Positions 61,421 through 64,000 of a DNA stretch of 64,000 nt are shown here, in pieces. Made by a program: the position numbers and the translations under genes. This DNA comes from Elsinoe ampelina (taxonomy: Eukaryota). The notes under the pieces were generated by a model. It was not told the origin of the DNA, searched no databases, and worked only from the letters and a program-made list of their open reading frames with translations. Numbering within the stretch: position 1 is the first letter of the stretch; every line of letters begins with the position of its first letter. Location of the stretch: the NCBI GenBank assembly GCA_010093995.1, contig ML992511.1, positions 109,917-173,916 of the forward strand. Reading direction: 5' to 3'.

Positions 61421-62845
61421 CTATGCTGTCTTTTCTTTCAAGCAATCCCACATCCACCCATCCCCCTCCATCCACCACCGCAACGCGCTCCACGGCACAG
61501 TATAGTTCCCAAACCAACCCATCTGCCTCCCCGCCTCCCCCAGCAACGGAAAACACACGCACGACCACCCAAAAATCCACACCGCATACGCCGCCATGCC
61601 CGCCCACGTCCCCACCCTCCCCTCCCTCCACCCCACCGGCACCCACCCCCTCACCGCCCCGGCCCCCCACCTCTCCACCGCCATCCCCAGCGGCTGCACC
61701 CAAAAGAACCCACCCACCAACAACCTAATCCTCCCCGGCCCCACCTCCCCCTTCGGACTCCTCGGCACCAATCCCATATGAATACACCCAGACAACCCAA
61801 ACGCCACGAGCGTCAACAACATGAACCTCATCCCCCTGGCCCCCCTCCCTTTCCCGAGGAGGAGATCCACGACCGCCTCCCCCGGCCCCGCGACGACGAA
61901 ACGCATCGCTTGGTGCCAGTACACGGACCAGAAACCGCGGAGGCCGGAGGTGAGCACCGCCTTTGCGGGGCCGAAGGGAGGGGGCCAGAGGTGCGGGGAC
62001 CAGGTGTGCGGGAGGAGGCGGAGGTAGTGCAGCGCCGCGGGGAGGGTCATGGGGAGGTGGTAGTTCTGGGATATCAGGGACCAGGCTTGGGTTGCGACGA
62101 GGGAGGCGCGGAAGGCGAGGGTGAGGAGGGGGGAGGCGTGGAGGGGTTGGAGGAGGGGAGGGAGGGGGCAGGAGGGGGAGGGTGGGGTGAGGAGAGGGAT
62201 CGAGGGGTTGGTGAAGTAGGGGTCCAGGGACATGAGGTGGGAGGAGAGGTCGAGGAGGAGGTACCCGATGAGGGAACGGAGGAGGGCGTGAAGGATGAAT
62301 TCGAGGTGGTGGCGGGGGAGAGGGGCGTGCGGTTGGCGGCGGTCGTGGTGTGGGGAGGAGATGCGCCAGTTCGTGAAGCGGAGGGAGATGAGGAGGGTGC
62401 CGACCCAGGTGAGGCGGGAGGAGAGGGAGGAGGGGTAGGGGATGGGGTCGTAGAGGAGGTTGTGGTAGGTGAGAGGTTGGTCGGGGATCTTGGGAGAGTC
62501 GTCCTTTTCATGCGGCGGCTGGGATGTGTGTGGGCCCACTTGGTTGGTTCGCTGAGAGAGGTATACAAAGTCCTTTCGAGGGTCTTTGATGCCAAGGAGG
62601 TAGATTGACCAGAGCAGGGCGTCCATGGAGATCACGTCAACTGCGCCCATTGCGTACCAGGCATGAAAGACAGCCGCCGTGATAATGGGGATGAAGAGGT
62701 AGCATTGCCCCTGATGTGAGAGTATCTCTGGAGGAAGAAGCAGTCCTAGCGGTAACAAAATGAATGGTACAAAATAGCTGAAGCTCTGTGGACCTGGCAC
62801 GATGTGGTTGACAAGATGATAGTACGAGATGTCCAGACACCCCAT
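61421..62845 (-). CDS. Membrane-bound O-acyltransferase (wax synthase / Tri7-like, MBOAT_2)
   Basis: WPPPFGP, LRGFWSVYWHQAMR, AFGLSGCIH and FFWVQPLGMAVE, with multiple TM segments. Confidence 0.88.
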   Translation of the reverse strand: MGCLDISYYHLVNHIVPGPQSFSYFVPFILLPLGLLLPPEILSHQGQCYLFIPIITAAVFHAWYAMGAVDVISMDALLWSIYLLGIKDPRKDFVYLSQRTNQVGPHTSQPPHEKDDSPKIPDQPLTYHNLLYDPIPYPSSLSSRLTWVGTLLISLRFTNWRISSPHHDRRQPHAPLPRHHLEFILHALLRSLIGYLLLDLSSHLMSLDPYFTNPSIPLLTPPSPSCPLPPLLQPLHASPLLTLAFRASLVATQAWSLISQNYHLPMTLPAALHYLRLLPHTWSPHLWPPPFGPAKAVLTSGLRGFWSVYWHQAMRFVVAGPGEAVVDLLLGKGRGARGMRFMLLTLVAFGLSGCIHMGLVPRSPKGEVGPGRIRLLVGGFFWVQPLGMAVERWGAGAVRGWVPVGWREGRVGTWAGMAAYAVWIFGWSCVCFPLLGEAGRQMGWFGNYTVPWSALRWWMEGDGWMWDCLKEKTA

Positions 62846-63452
62846 CAGTGCCGCTGACCTGCTGTATAGCTTGACCTACCACGAGGGTCACGAAACATCA
62901 CAAACTCCCAAAAATGGAAGAAGCATTTCGGACCCCTGCAAGATCTCATCCACGTCATGACCCTGGTCGAAGATCCGGCATTTCACATGCAAGATCCAAT
63001 GACTCGTCCCCAGATCCGGTCTGGTCTCGCCTGACTCTCGTACCCCTCGGCTTTGTCCCCGACGGTCTTTTCCGATAAGATTCGACATCATATGCCGCCA
63101 AATTTTTGCATCTCTGATGTCGTTATCAGGCGTTTCGTACGTCTTTGTTTCCACAGTTCTGCGCTCAGACCCAATCGTTGTCTTTGGCATTAGTCCCTGG
63201 TCCGCGGTCCACATGTCAGGCCCGTTGGTGGTCGGCAGACCTGCTGCCCTGACGAAAGGTCTGGAATGCATTCCGAGCCTCGGTGGATACTGGTAGTATT
63301 GTGGTTCCACTCTGGTGTTTGGTAGGTTGATTTGAATGGCCCTTGCCACGAGACCGAGGTGCTCGTCAGTGTCGATATCCACTCGTGTTCTTTGTCTTTA
63401 CACTTCCCCGTATCCACTCCACAATCTCTCCTTGCCAACTACACCCACGACC

Positions 63453-64000
63453 ATGTCCAAGCAAGGCGACTTCGAGGCCGTCCGAAAGGACATCGCCGCC
63501 CTCCTCCACCAACCAGAATACGATGACGGCAGCGCTGGCCCCGTCCTCGTCCGTCTAGCCTGGTAAGCACCTCGGCCTCCGCACCCCTCCATCCCTAACC
63601 TGCCAGGCACTCCGCCGGCACCTACGACGCCTCGACCGACACAGGCGGCACCAACGGCGCAGGCATGCGCTACGAAGCCGAAGGCGGCGACCCGGCCAAC
63701 GCCGGTCTCCAACACGCGCGCGTCTTCCTCGAACCCGTCAAGGCCTCCCACCCATGGATCACCTACTCCGACCTCTGGGTGCTGGGCGGCATCGTCGCCA
63801 TCCAGGAAATGGGTGGCCCCGGCATCCCCTTCCTACCAGGCCGCACCGATTTCGTGGACGACAGCAAGTTGCCCCCACGTGGGCGCCTCCCCGACGGCGC
63901 AAAAGGCGCAGACCACGTCCGTCATGTGTTCTACCGCATGGGGTTCAGCGACCAGGAGATCGTCGCCTTGTCCGGCGCGCATAATCTGGGACGATGCCAC
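63453..64000 (+). CDS. Class I heme peroxidase (cytochrome c peroxidase-like), runs off the window end
   Basis: [22 protein letters not shown] spans an intron at about 63563-63607. Also [21 protein letters not shown] and proximal [14 protein letters not shown]. No mitochondrial presequence. Confidence 0.93.

Noticed and set aside
62888..63382. 164-aa ORF between the MBOAT and peroxidase genes
   Set aside because: It occupies the short divergent promoter and has no recognisable features.
1..64000. tRNA, rRNA or telomerase RNA genes
   Set aside because: I saw no convincing cloverleaf, rRNA signature or TAACCCTAA template by eye. tRNAscan-SE and Rfam were not run.

Overview
Eukaryotic, intron-containing DNA from a filamentous ascomycete. 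Introns are short (about 45-60 nt) with GT..CTRAC..YAG signals; a Dothideomycete-like origin is my inference only. The window holds about 27 genes. The left two-thirds is mostly housekeeping: BLM10/PA200, PSF3, RPL8, KGD1, a HECT E3 ligase, V-ATPase subunit a, a PEX4-like E2, PHB1 and QCR8, plus two MFS transporters, an OCD/mu-crystallin protein, a histidine acid phosphatase and a PLP aminotransferase. The right third looks more accessory: a C2H2 TF, a DUF1996-WSC secreted protein, a Zn2Cys6 TF, a Thr-rich secreted protein, a PTH11-like membrane protein, an MBOAT acyltransferase and a heme peroxidase. The most notable observations: (1) a secreted L-amino-acid-oxidase-like gene is intact except for one in-frame TAG at a probable Trp codon, so it could be an editing/readthrough case or a young pseudogene; (2) a pogo/Fot1-type DNA transposon end is inserted at a TA and truncates a serine racemase/dehydratase gene at the window start; (3) about seven short islands switch from C-rich to G-rich regardless of gene orientation; (4) the long first intron of RPL8 carries hairpins; (5) a GC-AG intron joins two ORFs of the C2H2 TF; (6) there is a multi-stem structured intergenic segment near 47.4 kb. 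All calls were made by eye from the sequence and ORF track. No database searches or folding programs were run.
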